Positions 55,696 to 64,000 of a DNA stretch of 64,000 nucleotides are shown one piece after another; within the stretch, counting starts at the first letter, position 1; the number at the start of each line of letters is the position of its first letter. The position numbers and the translations under genes were made by a program. A model generated the notes under the pieces. That model saw nothing but the letters and a program-made list of their open reading frames with translations. It did no database searches and was not told where the DNA came from. The DNA is taken from positions 8,024 to 72,023 of the forward strand of contig CAYWRZ010000007.1 of the NCBI GenBank assembly GCA_964460845.1, given 5' to 3'. The DNA is from an uncultured Weeksellaceae bacterium (GTDB lineage: Bacteria > Bacteroidota > Bacteroidia > Flavobacteriales_D > UBA2798).

Positions 55696-56238
55696 ATGAA
55701 TCTTCGATCCGAAATATTACAGGCGCGAACTCCCTCGCAGATAAGGCAGCTCAGCAATTATGTGGCGGCAGATTCGGCTCGGTTCAACACGTTTATGGCG
55801 CTGTTTTTAGGCCACGATGTGCGCGTCACACAATCTGCTTCGCGGGTGCTTATAGATTGCGCCCAACACAGCCCGGAACGACTCAGTCCTTACCTGAAAC
55901 CCATGCTGGAGCAATTGAAGCTTTCGGATAACGATACGGTAAAACGCAATGTGTTACGTGTGTTACAGGATGTGGAGCTTCCCCAAAATCTGCACGGTAT
56001 GGCGGTTACCTTGTGTATGGAACAATTGCTTTCGGTTACGGCACCGATAGCGGTAAAAGCATTTTCCATGACCGTTGTGGCCAATCTTGTACCACTTTAT
56101 CCTGAGCTGATCCCCGAATTACGTACCGTAATAGAAACACTCATGGAACAGGGGAGTCCGGGTATTTTGTCGCGCGGAAAAAAAGTGCTGAAGACGATTT
56201 CCAAGCGACCATCTGAAACAAATTTCAGGCTTAACTGA
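55696..56238 (+). CDS. Hypothetical all-helical (HEAT/ARM-like) protein
   Basis: 180-aa ORF with a repeated helical pattern and no specific motif. Confidence 0.5.
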   Translation: MNLRSEILQARTPSQIRQLSNYVAADSARFNTFMALFLGHDVRVTQSASRVLIDCAQHSPERLSPYLKPMLEQLKLSDNDTVKRNVLRVLQDVELPQNLHGMAVTLCMEQLLSVTAPIAVKAFSMTVVANLVPLYPELIPELRTVIETLMEQGSPGILSRGKKVLKTISKRPSETNFRLN

Positions 56239-56300
56239 AACAAAATTTCTTGCAAAAACTAAAAAGTGTAGATGCCTTTTAGTGGGTGTCGTAACCTTTT

Positions 56301-56801
56301 TTAATGGGAAATGAATGTTCGAACCATCACAAAATCATTCATAAAAAAACCTTGTCCGATGTCGAAATCTTCGACGCTTTCGATCACAAATCCGTTGCGG
56401 AAATAAAAGTTTATCGCCTTGTAATTCTGACGGTTTACAGTGAGCCGAAGTGTTTGCACACCGGGCATTGAGCTTAGCGCATGGGCCAGCATTTCTTTGC
56501 CGATTCCGCGTTGGTGCAACCGGGTGTCGAGGTAAAATTTGTGGAGAAAATAAGCCTGCTTTTCTTTTTCGGAAAAAGCATAAAATCCTACGGGCTCCTT
56601 CTCAAGGAACACGAGGACGAAACGCTGCCTGTCGGAGAGTTGTGCGGCCATTGCCTGTGGCGAATAAAACTTGTCGAGCATATACTCAATTTGCTCCATC
56701 GCAATGATAGCAGGGTAATGATCCATCCATATCCGGCGGGCGAGCGACATGATTAGTGGTATTTCGAGCGTGGTAGCCCGGCGAAATTCAAGTGGATTCA
56801 T
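56301..56801 (-). CDS. GNAT family N-acetyltransferase
   Basis: Acetyl-CoA motif A LHQRGIGKEML and a typical length. Start moved to the ATG at 56801. Confidence 0.8.
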   Translation of the reverse strand: MNPLEFRRATTLEIPLIMSLARRIWMDHYPAIIAMEQIEYMLDKFYSPQAMAAQLSDRQRFVLVFLEKEPVGFYAFSEKEKQAYFLHKFYLDTRLHQRGIGKEMLAHALSSMPGVQTLRLTVNRQNYKAINFYFRNGFVIESVEDFDIGQGFFMNDFVMVRTFISH

Positions 56802-56805
56802 GCGG

Positions 56806-57561
56806 TTAAAATTTTTCAAACACACCCAATCCGAACAGTGCGAAATCGTACTTCACCGGGTCGGAAGGATCGAATTTACGGAGTGTGGCGGTGAGCTCTT
56901 CGGCGGCTTTCCAGTCGTTTTGGCTGCGTGTAAGAATGTTCAATTTGCGGGCAATGTTACCGCTGTGCACATCGAGCGGACAGTACAGCTCACCCGGTTT
57001 TATTTTTTTCCAAAGGCCGAAATCGACTCCCCGTTTATCCTGCCTAACCATCCAGCGGAGAAACATATTGAGCCGTTTGGCCGAGGAGCCTTTGGCCGGA
57101 TTGGAAACGTGCTTTCCGCTTCGGGCTGCCGAAAAAGATCCGGTAAACAGGTGGTGAAAAGCTTCGAGTCGCTGGCGGTTGTCGGCGCCCTGTATAAACG
57201 CTTCTTCGAGCGAATCGTGACGGCGGTAAATGGTACGGAGCGCTTTTACAAATTCGACCGCGTCGGTAGCGTTAAAGGTACGGTGTACGAAATCGTCGAG
57301 GCGACTGAGGTCTTTTTTTCGAGCCGACATCACAAAATCATACGGTTCATTTCCCATTTTTTCCATGAGTCGCTCGGCGTTGCGGATAATGGAAGTGCGT
57401 TGCCCCCAGGCGATAGTGGCGGCAAAAAAGCCGGCTATTTCGATGTCCTGTAAACGGCCGAAACGGTGTGGTACACGAATGGGATCGGTCTCGATAAAAT
57501 CGGGGCGATTGTAGCGATCGGTTTTTTCTTCGAGAAAGGCCAGAAGTTCGGAAGGACGCAC
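56806..57561 (-). CDS. TIGR02757 (DUF2400) family protein
   Basis: YNRPDFIETDPIRVPHRF...EIAGFFAATIAWGQR and ...CPLDVH blocks, from memory. Chosen over the antisense ORF 56749..57453. Confidence 0.7.
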   Translation of the reverse strand: MRPSELLAFLEEKTDRYNRPDFIETDPIRVPHRFGRLQDIEIAGFFAATIAWGQRTSIIRNAERLMEKMGNEPYDFVMSARKKDLSRLDDFVHRTFNATDAVEFVKALRTIYRRHDSLEEAFIQGADNRQRLEAFHHLFTGSFSAARSGKHVSNPAKGSSAKRLNMFLRWMVRQDKRGVDFGLWKKIKPGELYCPLDVHSGNIARKLNILTRSQNDWKAAEELTATLRKFDPSDPVKYDFALFGLGVFEKF

Positions 57562-57573
57562 AGCGGGCTGATT

Positions 57574-59412
57574 TTAGTTGATGTTTTCTCCCCGCATACG
57601 GCGGTATCTTTTTCGCGCTTCGACCACGTAGAGGCTTCCGGGGTGATCAAACATCAGCTTTTTGTAGTATTCGGCGGCTTTTTCTTCGTCTTTGAAATAA
57701 AACTGCCATAATTCGCCAAGGTAGTAAAGGGCATCGTCGGCCAAAATATCGCGGCTAAACTGGTCGGCAATGATTTGCAGCTCTTTTGCGGCTTTCTCGT
57801 AATCACGTTGTTTGAATGCGATGCGATACCGCAGGTAATGTGATTCGTCTTGCAGGGCGTGCCAGGGAAAACGTTTGTTCAGCGTATCGAGCTTGGCTTC
57901 GGCTTCGGTAAAACGGTTTTGATAAGCGAGCAAATCGGCTTGTGAATACATGCGCAGCGCTTCGGGAATGGAGTCGTAAGCCAGGTTGTCGGTAATGAGT
58001 AGCGAAAGCTGCATGGCATCGTTGCTGATGAGCTTGGATGTGGAGGCTTTCAGGACATCTAACTGAGCGCGTGCCCATTCAAAATCGCCGGTATAAAAAG
58101 AGATACGCGCGTTACGAAATTTGGCTTCGTGCCCGATAGGCTCGTGCTTAAATGCTTTTTCGACCTGCGAATAATAAAGGGAAGCATCCCAAATATCGCT
58201 TTGGAGCAGGAGTATGTCGCCGAGATCCATTTTACATTCGGCCAGGGTTAGCGCATTAAGACCGGGAATACGAATGGCTTCTTCCAGCATTTCTTCGGCG
58301 CTTTGCGTATCGTGCAGGTAAAAAGCCCTGACACGTGCCAGTCCGCGCATGAGCGGTACGGTGGCATTGTGCTTGCCTAACTCCTGAAGTGTTTCGAGGT
58401 AATTTTTTTCGAGGGCCAGCAGGTCAGCTTCTTCGTAGATGCCGCGTTGGATCACTTTTTCGGAAAGCACTTCTACCAGCTTGATTTTACTGTCGAGGTA
58501 GTAGGTGCCTGTGCTCCCTTTTTCACGGACGACATATTCGAAAGCTTGTGCGGCTATGTCGTAATTTTCGTTCGAAAGGCAAAGCATACCGAAGTTGAAC
58601 ACCCGGAGTCCGTCTTCTCGCTTGCGTTTGTCGATGGCTTTGACCTGATTGAAAGCGGCGGTAAAGTCGCTTTTCTGTTGGAAAAACCAAATAAGCAGCT
58701 CGTAATAATATTCGTTGTTGGGGTGTTTCTGGATTCTTTTCAGCAGTTCGGTACGAAACAGCTCTACCTGTGGATCGTCTTCGCGATCGAATTTCAGCAC
58801 GGCCGCCAAACGATTTTCTATGCGCGACAAATTAGGGGAAATGCGATCGTCGTGGAGCAGCGAAAAAAATTCAGTAAATGCTCCGGGATAATCACCTTTG
58901 AGGATATACACTTCGGCCCGGTGTTCGCCGAACAGAGGGAATCCCGCCAGCTTGTCACCTCTTTCGTAAGTTTTTAAAGCGTAGTCGAACTCGTTGCGCG
59001 AAGCAAATGCATCAGCTAACTCAATTACCTGTGTGTGGCTGCCGCTGAGCGCTTTCAAGGCATTGTCGTATTCTTTTTTGGCTTTATTGACCTCACCCTG
59101 ATGCTGGTAGAGATCGCCCATGTCCACAAAATAGCGGAGGTTTTGCGGGTCGCGGCGCTGTGCTTTTTTGACCAGCTTTTCGGCTTCGCGGTATTGCTTC
59201 AGCTCCAGCAGGCAGCGAAAATAATAGTGGTAATACGTTTCCGAAGGAGTCCGGTTATATAACTTTTCATAATAGAGCAGCGCTTTTTCATAGTCGCCCG
59301 ATTGGAAATAATGCGCAGCGAGCTGCGGATCGCTGGCCGGTTGTGCCGTAGCGGTATATCCGCTTGCCAAAAGCAGAATACACAGACAGGTTATACGTAG
59401 AAGAAACGTCAT
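57574..59412 (-). CDS. Secreted tetratricopeptide-repeat protein
   Basis: Signal peptide, with TPR-like 34-aa periodicity throughout (e.g. YFQSGDYEKALLYYEKL, GDYPGAFTEFFSL). Confidence 0.75.
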   Translation of the reverse strand: MTFLLRITCLCILLLASGYTATAQPASDPQLAAHYFQSGDYEKALLYYEKLYNRTPSETYYHYYFRCLLELKQYREAEKLVKKAQRRDPQNLRYFVDMGDLYQHQGEVNKAKKEYDNALKALSGSHTQVIELADAFASRNEFDYALKTYERGDKLAGFPLFGEHRAEVYILKGDYPGAFTEFFSLLHDDRISPNLSRIENRLAAVLKFDREDDPQVELFRTELLKRIQKHPNNEYYYELLIWFFQQKSDFTAAFNQVKAIDKRKREDGLRVFNFGMLCLSNENYDIAAQAFEYVVREKGSTGTYYLDSKIKLVEVLSEKVIQRGIYEEADLLALEKNYLETLQELGKHNATVPLMRGLARVRAFYLHDTQSAEEMLEEAIRIPGLNALTLAECKMDLGDILLLQSDIWDASLYYSQVEKAFKHEPIGHEAKFRNARISFYTGDFEWARAQLDVLKASTSKLISNDAMQLSLLITDNLAYDSIPEALRMYSQADLLAYQNRFTEAEAKLDTLNKRFPWHALQDESHYLRYRIAFKQRDYEKAAKELQIIADQFSRDILADDALYYLGELWQFYFKDEEKAAEYYKKLMFDHPGSLYVVEARKRYRRMRGENIN

Positions 59413-59951
59413 AGCGGGCTGTTTTCTTTTTCTTCGACCAATTCTTTTATAACGGGATGCAGGGAATCAAATTGCGAAAAAAGCGTAAGACATTCTTGCC
59501 GATGGGATTCATACGCGTGAAGCAGGGTTTCGGTTGCCTGTTTTTCGGCTGCTGTATATTGCCGGGAAAGTGTTTCCTCGAGGGTGTTTTTTTCGAGCGT
59601 TTCTTTCAGGTTCCGGATCTGTGTGAGGCAGCGTTCGGTTTCTGTATGCAACCTGGCGCGTTCCTGATGAAGTTGGCGGGCAAAGGGACCAAGATTTTTA
59701 TAGCCGATTACCGCAATGGCATAGGGTTGAGCCAAGGTATCCGTTCCCAGGGCTATTGCCAGTAGCTCCAGTTCTGCTTCGGTTTCTCGGGCAATTCGGG
59801 CAAGTTTTGCCGTGTCGAGCTGATCGACTGTTTTTCCGGCAAGCTGTACTTCGCGTGCGAGGCTGTCGAGCGTTTGTATTTCCCTGGCGAAATCCGGTCT
59901 CTGGCAGCCGTAGAGGCCGAAGAAAATCAGCAGAAAGAGACCGGTTCGCAT
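59409..59951 (-). CDS. Hypothetical helical lipoprotein
   Basis: MRTGLFLLIFFGLYGCQ lipobox-like N-terminus. ATGA overlap with the downstream TPR gene. Confidence 0.55.
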   Translation of the reverse strand: MRTGLFLLIFFGLYGCQRPDFAREIQTLDSLAREVQLAGKTVDQLDTAKLARIARETEAELELLAIALGTDTLAQPYAIAVIGYKNLGPFARQLHQERARLHTETERCLTQIRNLKETLEKNTLEETLSRQYTAAEKQATETLLHAYESHRQECLTLFSQFDSLHPVIKELVEEKENSPL

Positions 59952-59963
59952 AGAAATAGTGAA

Positions 59964-61232
59964 TTATTGTATGACCGAAAACCCGGTGTAAGGCTGTAGC
60001 ACTTCGGGGATACGAATGCCTTCGGGTGTTTGGTTATTTTCATAAAGTGCGGCTACAATTCTCGGCAGGGCAAGTGCGCTGCCGTTGAGCGTATGGGCCA
60101 GGTGGATTTTCCCGTTTTTGTCTTTAAAACGCAGCTTCAGCCTGTTGGCCTGAAAGGTTTCAAAGTTAGATACTGACGATACTTCGAGCCATTTTTGCTG
60201 TGCGGCAGAATAGACTTCAAAATCGTAGGTCAGCGCTGAGGTGAAGCCCATATCGCCTCCGCAAAGGCGGATAATGCGGAAGGGGAGTCCGAGGCTGATG
60301 AGCAGGTTTTTGACGTGCTCTACCATGCGGTCGAGTGTGGCATAGGAGCGTTCGGGGTGTTCCAGCTCTACGATTTCGACTTTGTCAAATTGGTGAAGGC
60401 GGTTCAGTCCGCGCACATCTTTGCCATAGCTGCCTGCTTCGCGACGGAAACAAGGCGTATAACCGGTGAGTTTTACGGGGAGCTCTTCTTCTTTGAGAAT
60501 CACATCGCGGTAGAGGTTGGTCAGCGGTACTTCGGCCGTGGGAATAAGATAGAGGTTGTCGGCTGTTACGTGGTACATCTGACCTTCTTTATCGGGCAGT
60601 TGTCCGGTACCGAAGCCGGAAGCTTCGTTGACCAGCAGGGGCGGTTGCGTTTCGCGGTACCCGGCTTTGGTGGCTTCGTCGAGGAAAAAATTGATCAGCG
60701 CGCGCTGGAAGCGGGCGCCTGTGCCTTTATAGACCGGGAAACCGGCTCCGGTAATTTTCACACCCAGTTCGAAATCGATCAGGTCGTATTTCGCGGCCAA
60801 CTCCCAGTGGGGCAGGGCGTTTTCGAGCTGCGGAATTTCGCCGTGGCGGAAAATTTCGAGGTTTTCTTCGGGTGTACGTCCTTCGGGTACGCTGTTATGA
60901 GGTGCGTTGGGGACGGTATAAAGCAATTGCTGCACCTCTTTTTCGAGTGTGCTGAGCTTTTCTTCGAGTGTTTTATTGCCTGCTTTAAGCTCGCCGGTTT
61001 TTTCGCGGGCGGCCTGTGCTTCGTCTTGCTTACCTGATTGTATAAGCGCACCGATAGCTTTAGAGATGCGGTTAAGCTCGGCCAGTTGAGCGTCGAGCTC
61101 ATTTTGTGTTTTACGGCGTTCGGTATCCAGTTCGAGAATGCGGTTAACGGTATCCGTAAAGTCGGTATTTCGTTTGCTCAGGCGTGCGAGGAGGGTTTCC
61201 TTTTGTTCGCGCAGGTGTGTGATTTCGAGCAT
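59964..61232 (-). CDS. serS: Serine--tRNA ligase
   Basis: Coiled-coil N-terminal arm and class II motifs incl. TPCFRREAGSYGKDVRGLNRLHQFDKVE; 422 aa. Confidence 0.95.
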   Translation of the reverse strand: MLEITHLREQKETLLARLSKRNTDFTDTVNRILELDTERRKTQNELDAQLAELNRISKAIGALIQSGKQDEAQAAREKTGELKAGNKTLEEKLSTLEKEVQQLLYTVPNAPHNSVPEGRTPEENLEIFRHGEIPQLENALPHWELAAKYDLIDFELGVKITGAGFPVYKGTGARFQRALINFFLDEATKAGYRETQPPLLVNEASGFGTGQLPDKEGQMYHVTADNLYLIPTAEVPLTNLYRDVILKEEELPVKLTGYTPCFRREAGSYGKDVRGLNRLHQFDKVEIVELEHPERSYATLDRMVEHVKNLLISLGLPFRIIRLCGGDMGFTSALTYDFEVYSAAQQKWLEVSSVSNFETFQANRLKLRFKDKNGKIHLAHTLNGSALALPRIVAALYENNQTPEGIRIPEVLQPYTGFSVIQ

Positions 61233-61278
61233 GTGTCAGTTTTTTGGTAAAAATAAGGATATCCTGAATATGTTTATA

Positions 61279-61308
61279 AAGCCAAAAAGGCTCCTTGCGG
61301 GAGCCTTT
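61279..61308 (-). terminator. Terminator of the rplU-rpmA operon
   Basis: 9-bp stem AAAGGCTCC/GGAGCCTTT, followed on the minus strand by TTTTTGGCTTT. Confidence 0.5.
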
Positions 61309-61326
61309 CCTATTGCAAGGTGAAAA

Positions 61327-61587
61327 TTAATTTTCAGCGGGAACTACCGACACGTACGAGCGATCGTTGGTTTTCTTGCGGAAAACAACGGTGCCTGCAG
61401 TGAGGGCAAACAGGGTGTGGTCTTTACCGATCCCTACATTTTCGCCGGGATGGTGCTTGGTACCGCGCTGACGGACAATAATATTTCCGGCGATGGCTTT
61501 TTGCCCACCGAAGATTTTAATGCCGAGTCGTTTGGATTCCGATTCGCGACCGTTTTTCGAACTACCGACGCCTTTCTTGTGTGCCAT
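61327..61587 (-). CDS. rpmA: 50S ribosomal protein L27
   Basis: [22 protein letters not shown]...; 86 aa. Confidence 0.97.
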   Translation of the reverse strand: MAHKKGVGSSKNGRESESKRLGIKIFGGQKAIAGNIIVRQRGTKHHPGENVGIGKDHTLFALTAGTVVFRKKTNDRSYVSVVPAEN

Positions 61588-61627
61588 GGTACGTAAACGT
61601 TTTTAACTGTTAAACTTAATGAAGAAA

Positions 61628-61939
61628 TCAGACGGTAATAGCCTCAATTTGAATTTGGGTCAACGACTGGCGATGACCTTTTTTCAGCTTGTAGCCTTTT
61701 CTTCTTTTCTTTTTAAAGACGATCACTTTGTCGTCTTTCAGGTGTCTCAGGATTTTTCCTGTAACTTTTGCACCTGCTATAGCCGGGGCGCCTACGTTAA
61801 CGTTGCTGCCGTCTTCGATAAGGAGAACTTTACCGAACTCCACGCTGGAGCCCTCTTCTCCTTCAAGACGGTGCACGTACACACGCTGGTCTTTCGCAAC
61901 TTTAAATTGCTGCCCTGCTATCTCTACAATTGCGTACAT
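61628..61939 (-). CDS. rplU: 50S ribosomal protein L21
   Basis: MYAIVEIAGQQFKV... Start set at the ATG at 61939 rather than the longer track ORF. Confidence 0.95.
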   Translation of the reverse strand: MYAIVEIAGQQFKVAKDQRVYVHRLEGEEGSSVEFGKVLLIEDGSNVNVGAPAIAGAKVTGKILRHLKDDKVIVFKKKRRKGYKLKKGHRQSLTQIQIEAITV

Positions 61940-62045
61940 GTGACTCAGGTTTTGAAGGTTATCTGTACAATCCCCATTCAGGGGGTGCAAATGTAGGAAT
62001 ATTTTTGATTTATCCATACAGCCCTGTTAATTTCTATTTTTGGGC

Positions 62046-62939
62046 TCAGGGCCTGTTAATCAGATACACTCCGGCCAATATCAGCAGCATAGCGCCAAAA
62101 TGGTAAGCATTGACCGATTCCTGGAGCAGAAGTCCCCAGCCGATAGCCGTTATCGGAATGAGATAAGTTACCGTAGAGGCGAAAACCGCGTTGCTGATCT
62201 GTACGAGGTAATTGAACAGAATCACGGCTACCGCTGTGCCTAACACGCCCAGTAGCAATACGTAGCCGAAAGAGGTAAGTCCCGAAGGGTGGTGAAAAAA
62301 AGTAGCGCTGAATCCGGTGCTGAACAGATAAAGCGTAACCGGCGGCCCTACCAGCATAAAAGAAAGCGAGGTAACGGCAATGGGGTGCATATCGGTCAGG
62401 TAGCGGCGTATGGTGTTGAGACTGATAGCGTAACAAAGTGTGGCGATCAGCACCAGCATGCTGTAATAGAGTTCGCCCGAAAGCTGGGCGGTACCGTTGG
62501 CGAGCATGAGTCCGGCCGAGCCGGCAAAACCCAGCGCGACCCCTAAGTAGTTTATCGGCCTGAAGCGTTCACCGAAAAAGCCAATGGCTATAAGGATGGT
62601 AAAAATGGGGGTGGTTGAGTTGAGCATTCCGGCCAAAGAGGGCTCCATCCGCGTTTCGGCGGCGGTAAACAGAAACGCGGGAATCGTATTGCCGAAAAGC
62701 CCGGATACGAGCAGCGGAACAATTTTTTTCCTTTTCAGCGTAGGCAGGTAATAGATGCCGAAGGGCAGCAGAAATAGAAAAGCGGTACTGATGCGCAGTG
62801 CCGCCACTTCTTCGGAGGTATAAACGGGATTTCCGGCCCGGTCTTCCATGCCCAGCTTCATCAGGATAAAAGAGCTGCCCCATGTAAGGGCCAGCACAAT
62901 TAGCAACACGATGGAACGCAGGGACTTAGTCTTTAGCAA
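62046..62939 (-). CDS. DMT-superfamily (EamA-type) transporter
   Basis: About 10 hydrophobic helices in two EamA-like halves; 297 aa. Confidence 0.8.
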   Translation of the reverse strand: MLKTKSLRSIVLLIVLALTWGSSFILMKLGMEDRAGNPVYTSEEVAALRISTAFLFLLPFGIYYLPTLKRKKIVPLLVSGLFGNTIPAFLFTAAETRMEPSLAGMLNSTTPIFTILIAIGFFGERFRPINYLGVALGFAGSAGLMLANGTAQLSGELYYSMLVLIATLCYAISLNTIRRYLTDMHPIAVTSLSFMLVGPPVTLYLFSTGFSATFFHHPSGLTSFGYVLLLGVLGTAVAVILFNYLVQISNAVFASTVTYLIPITAIGWGLLLQESVNAYHFGAMLLILAGVYLINRP

Positions 62940-63111
62940 AATTTAACAATTTGCAGCGGCGAAGGTAGTGTTTTGCAGGTATGAAACTCAAAATTTTGGC
63001 CTATTTTTGTGTGGTCGGTACAAATTTCTGCGCAGTTCGCTTGTTGAAAAAGAGAGTAAGTGCAGTAGAGATGCAAGCCGCTTTGTTACAGTGTTTGTTA
63101 ACGTTTTTAGT

Positions 63112-63639
63112 ATGAAATATTCTTTGTTTTTTCTGCTTTTTTCCCTGTCGCTGATGACAGGCTGCGGCGGTAACGCGGCGGCACCTGAAGCAAAACCTGT
63201 GGCACAGGAAAAGAAGCCTGTGCACAACCCGGCCGATGTGATACCCGACATGATAGCCGAGTTAGCTATCCGGGGTATGGCTTGTGAGTACAATTGTGTA
63301 AGCTCGGTACAGCGTGCTGTGCTGGCGCTTTCGGGTGTAGCTTCGTTCCAGATGGATTTTGATCCGGAGTTGGAAGTAAACCATGCTACGGTTCGTTTTG
63401 ACAAGGATGCCGTTTCTGAAAAAGACATGGTAGAAGCTATAGAAGGGCTTTACGAAGGACAGTACAAAGTAGAGTCGGTAGCGGTAAAAGCGATAGAAGG
63501 TGGCGAGCAGGCCAAAAAAAAGCAGGATAAAAAAACGACTTCGGCCTATGAGGGCGGAGAACAGGCCGCTGCCGTATATGGTTCGGGCGGTTCTTTATCC
63601 ATGCCCAATATTTTTGACGTATTCTCCAATACGCTTTAA
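63112..63639 (+). CDS. Heavy-metal-associated (HMA) domain lipoprotein
   Basis: Lipobox LMTGC in MKYSLFFLLFSLSLMTGCGG and metal-binding motif GMACEYNC (GMxCxxC). Start moved to the ATG at 63112. Confidence 0.75.
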   Translation: MKYSLFFLLFSLSLMTGCGGNAAAPEAKPVAQEKKPVHNPADVIPDMIAELAIRGMACEYNCVSSVQRAVLALSGVASFQMDFDPELEVNHATVRFDKDAVSEKDMVEAIEGLYEGQYKVESVAVKAIEGGEQAKKKQDKKTTSAYEGGEQAAAVYGSGGSLSMPNIFDVFSNTL

Positions 63640-63660
63640 GTACCGCCTGAATGCGGCGTA

Positions 63661-63696
63661 AACTGTAGGGCAGCAGTCCTTGCAGTTTTTCTTTTT
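63661..63696 (+). terminator. Rho-independent terminator of the HMA gene
   Basis: 10-bp stem AACTGTAGGG/CCTTGCAGTT (two G:U pairs), 7-nt loop, then TTTTTCTTTTT. Confidence 0.65.
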
Positions 63697-63795
63697 GGTT
63701 TTAATCTGTGAAATTCTTTCTCATTCCTTATGTTTTCGCGCTAAGGCGCAGATAAACCTTTATTTTTGTCGCGCATCAAATTTTTCGATCACAGC

Positions 63796-64000
63796 ATGAG
63801 AACCCTTATCGAACAAGCCTGGGAGAACCGGGAACTTTTGAAAGAAGCCGCTACCCGTAAGGCGATTGAAGCGGTGATAGAAGAGTTGGACAAAGGCCGC
63901 TTACGTGTGGCAGAGCCTGTGCCTGGCGGCTGGCAGGTCAACGAATGGGTGAAAAAAGCCGTGGTGCTGTATTTTCCTATTCGTGAAATGGAAACTATCG
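63796..64000 (+). CDS. dapD: 2,3,4,5-tetrahydropyridine-2,6-dicarboxylate N-succinyltransferase, 3'-truncated by window edge
   Basis: My own translation, MRTLIEQAWENRELL...LDKGRLRVAEPVPGGWQVNEWVKKAVVLYFPI, closely parallels the DapD N-terminal domain. Confidence 0.8.
   Translation, partial: MRTLIEQAWENRELLKEAATRKAIEAVIEELDKGRLRVAEPVPGGWQVNEWVKKAVVLYFPIREMETI

Noticed and set aside
56749-57453. 234-aa ORF on the + strand overlapping the TIGR02757 gene
   Set aside because: The minus-strand frame matches a conserved family (DPIRVPHRF...AWGQR) and the + frame shows no motif.
1-64000. rRNA, tmRNA, RNase P, SRP RNA and riboswitches in the larger intergenic gaps (13672-13996, 17333-17610, 24504-24733, 40754-41041, 63640-63795)
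   Set aside because: I recognised no conserved core motifs of these RNAs by eye. A covariance-model scan (Infernal/Rfam) would be needed to exclude them properly.

Overview
The window looks like chromosomal DNA from a Bacteroidota-type genome. Evidence for that placement: T9SS C-terminal sorting domains, a PorP/SprF gene, the bamD-rpoZ-coaBC-DUF4835 block, and TAnnTTTG -7 promoter boxes in place of Shine-Dalgarno sites. All product calls come from reading motifs by eye; no BLAST, HMM or folding tool was run.

Most of the window is housekeeping: der, era, tRNA-fMet, tRNA-Arg, purEK, pcm, coaBC, rpoZ, bamD, parE/parC, serS, rplU/rpmA and a partial dapD. Interspersed are envelope and secretion genes and many proteins of unknown function.

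The clearest accessory region is an AT-rich block at about 6.47-13.7 kb, starting directly after the two tRNA genes. Its centrepiece is a 904-aa DEAH-box SF2 helicase with two predicted transmembrane helices and an unrecognised C-terminal domain. A 211-aa unknown protein and a 460-nt ORF-poor spacer lie upstream of it. This is my best candidate for an undescribed system, possibly defence or DNA surveillance, but that function is inference only.

Other items worth checking:
- a radical-SAM/TIGR03915 DNA-repair pair
- a secreted protein made of 5 x 16-aa tandem repeats
- a class D beta-lactamase translationally overlapped with parC
- a 377-aa protein with beta-carbonic-anhydrase-like motifs
- dyad-symmetric candidate operators next to a Crp/Fnr regulator and a NarL-type two-component system

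I saw no CRISPR array, rRNA, transposase or integrase.
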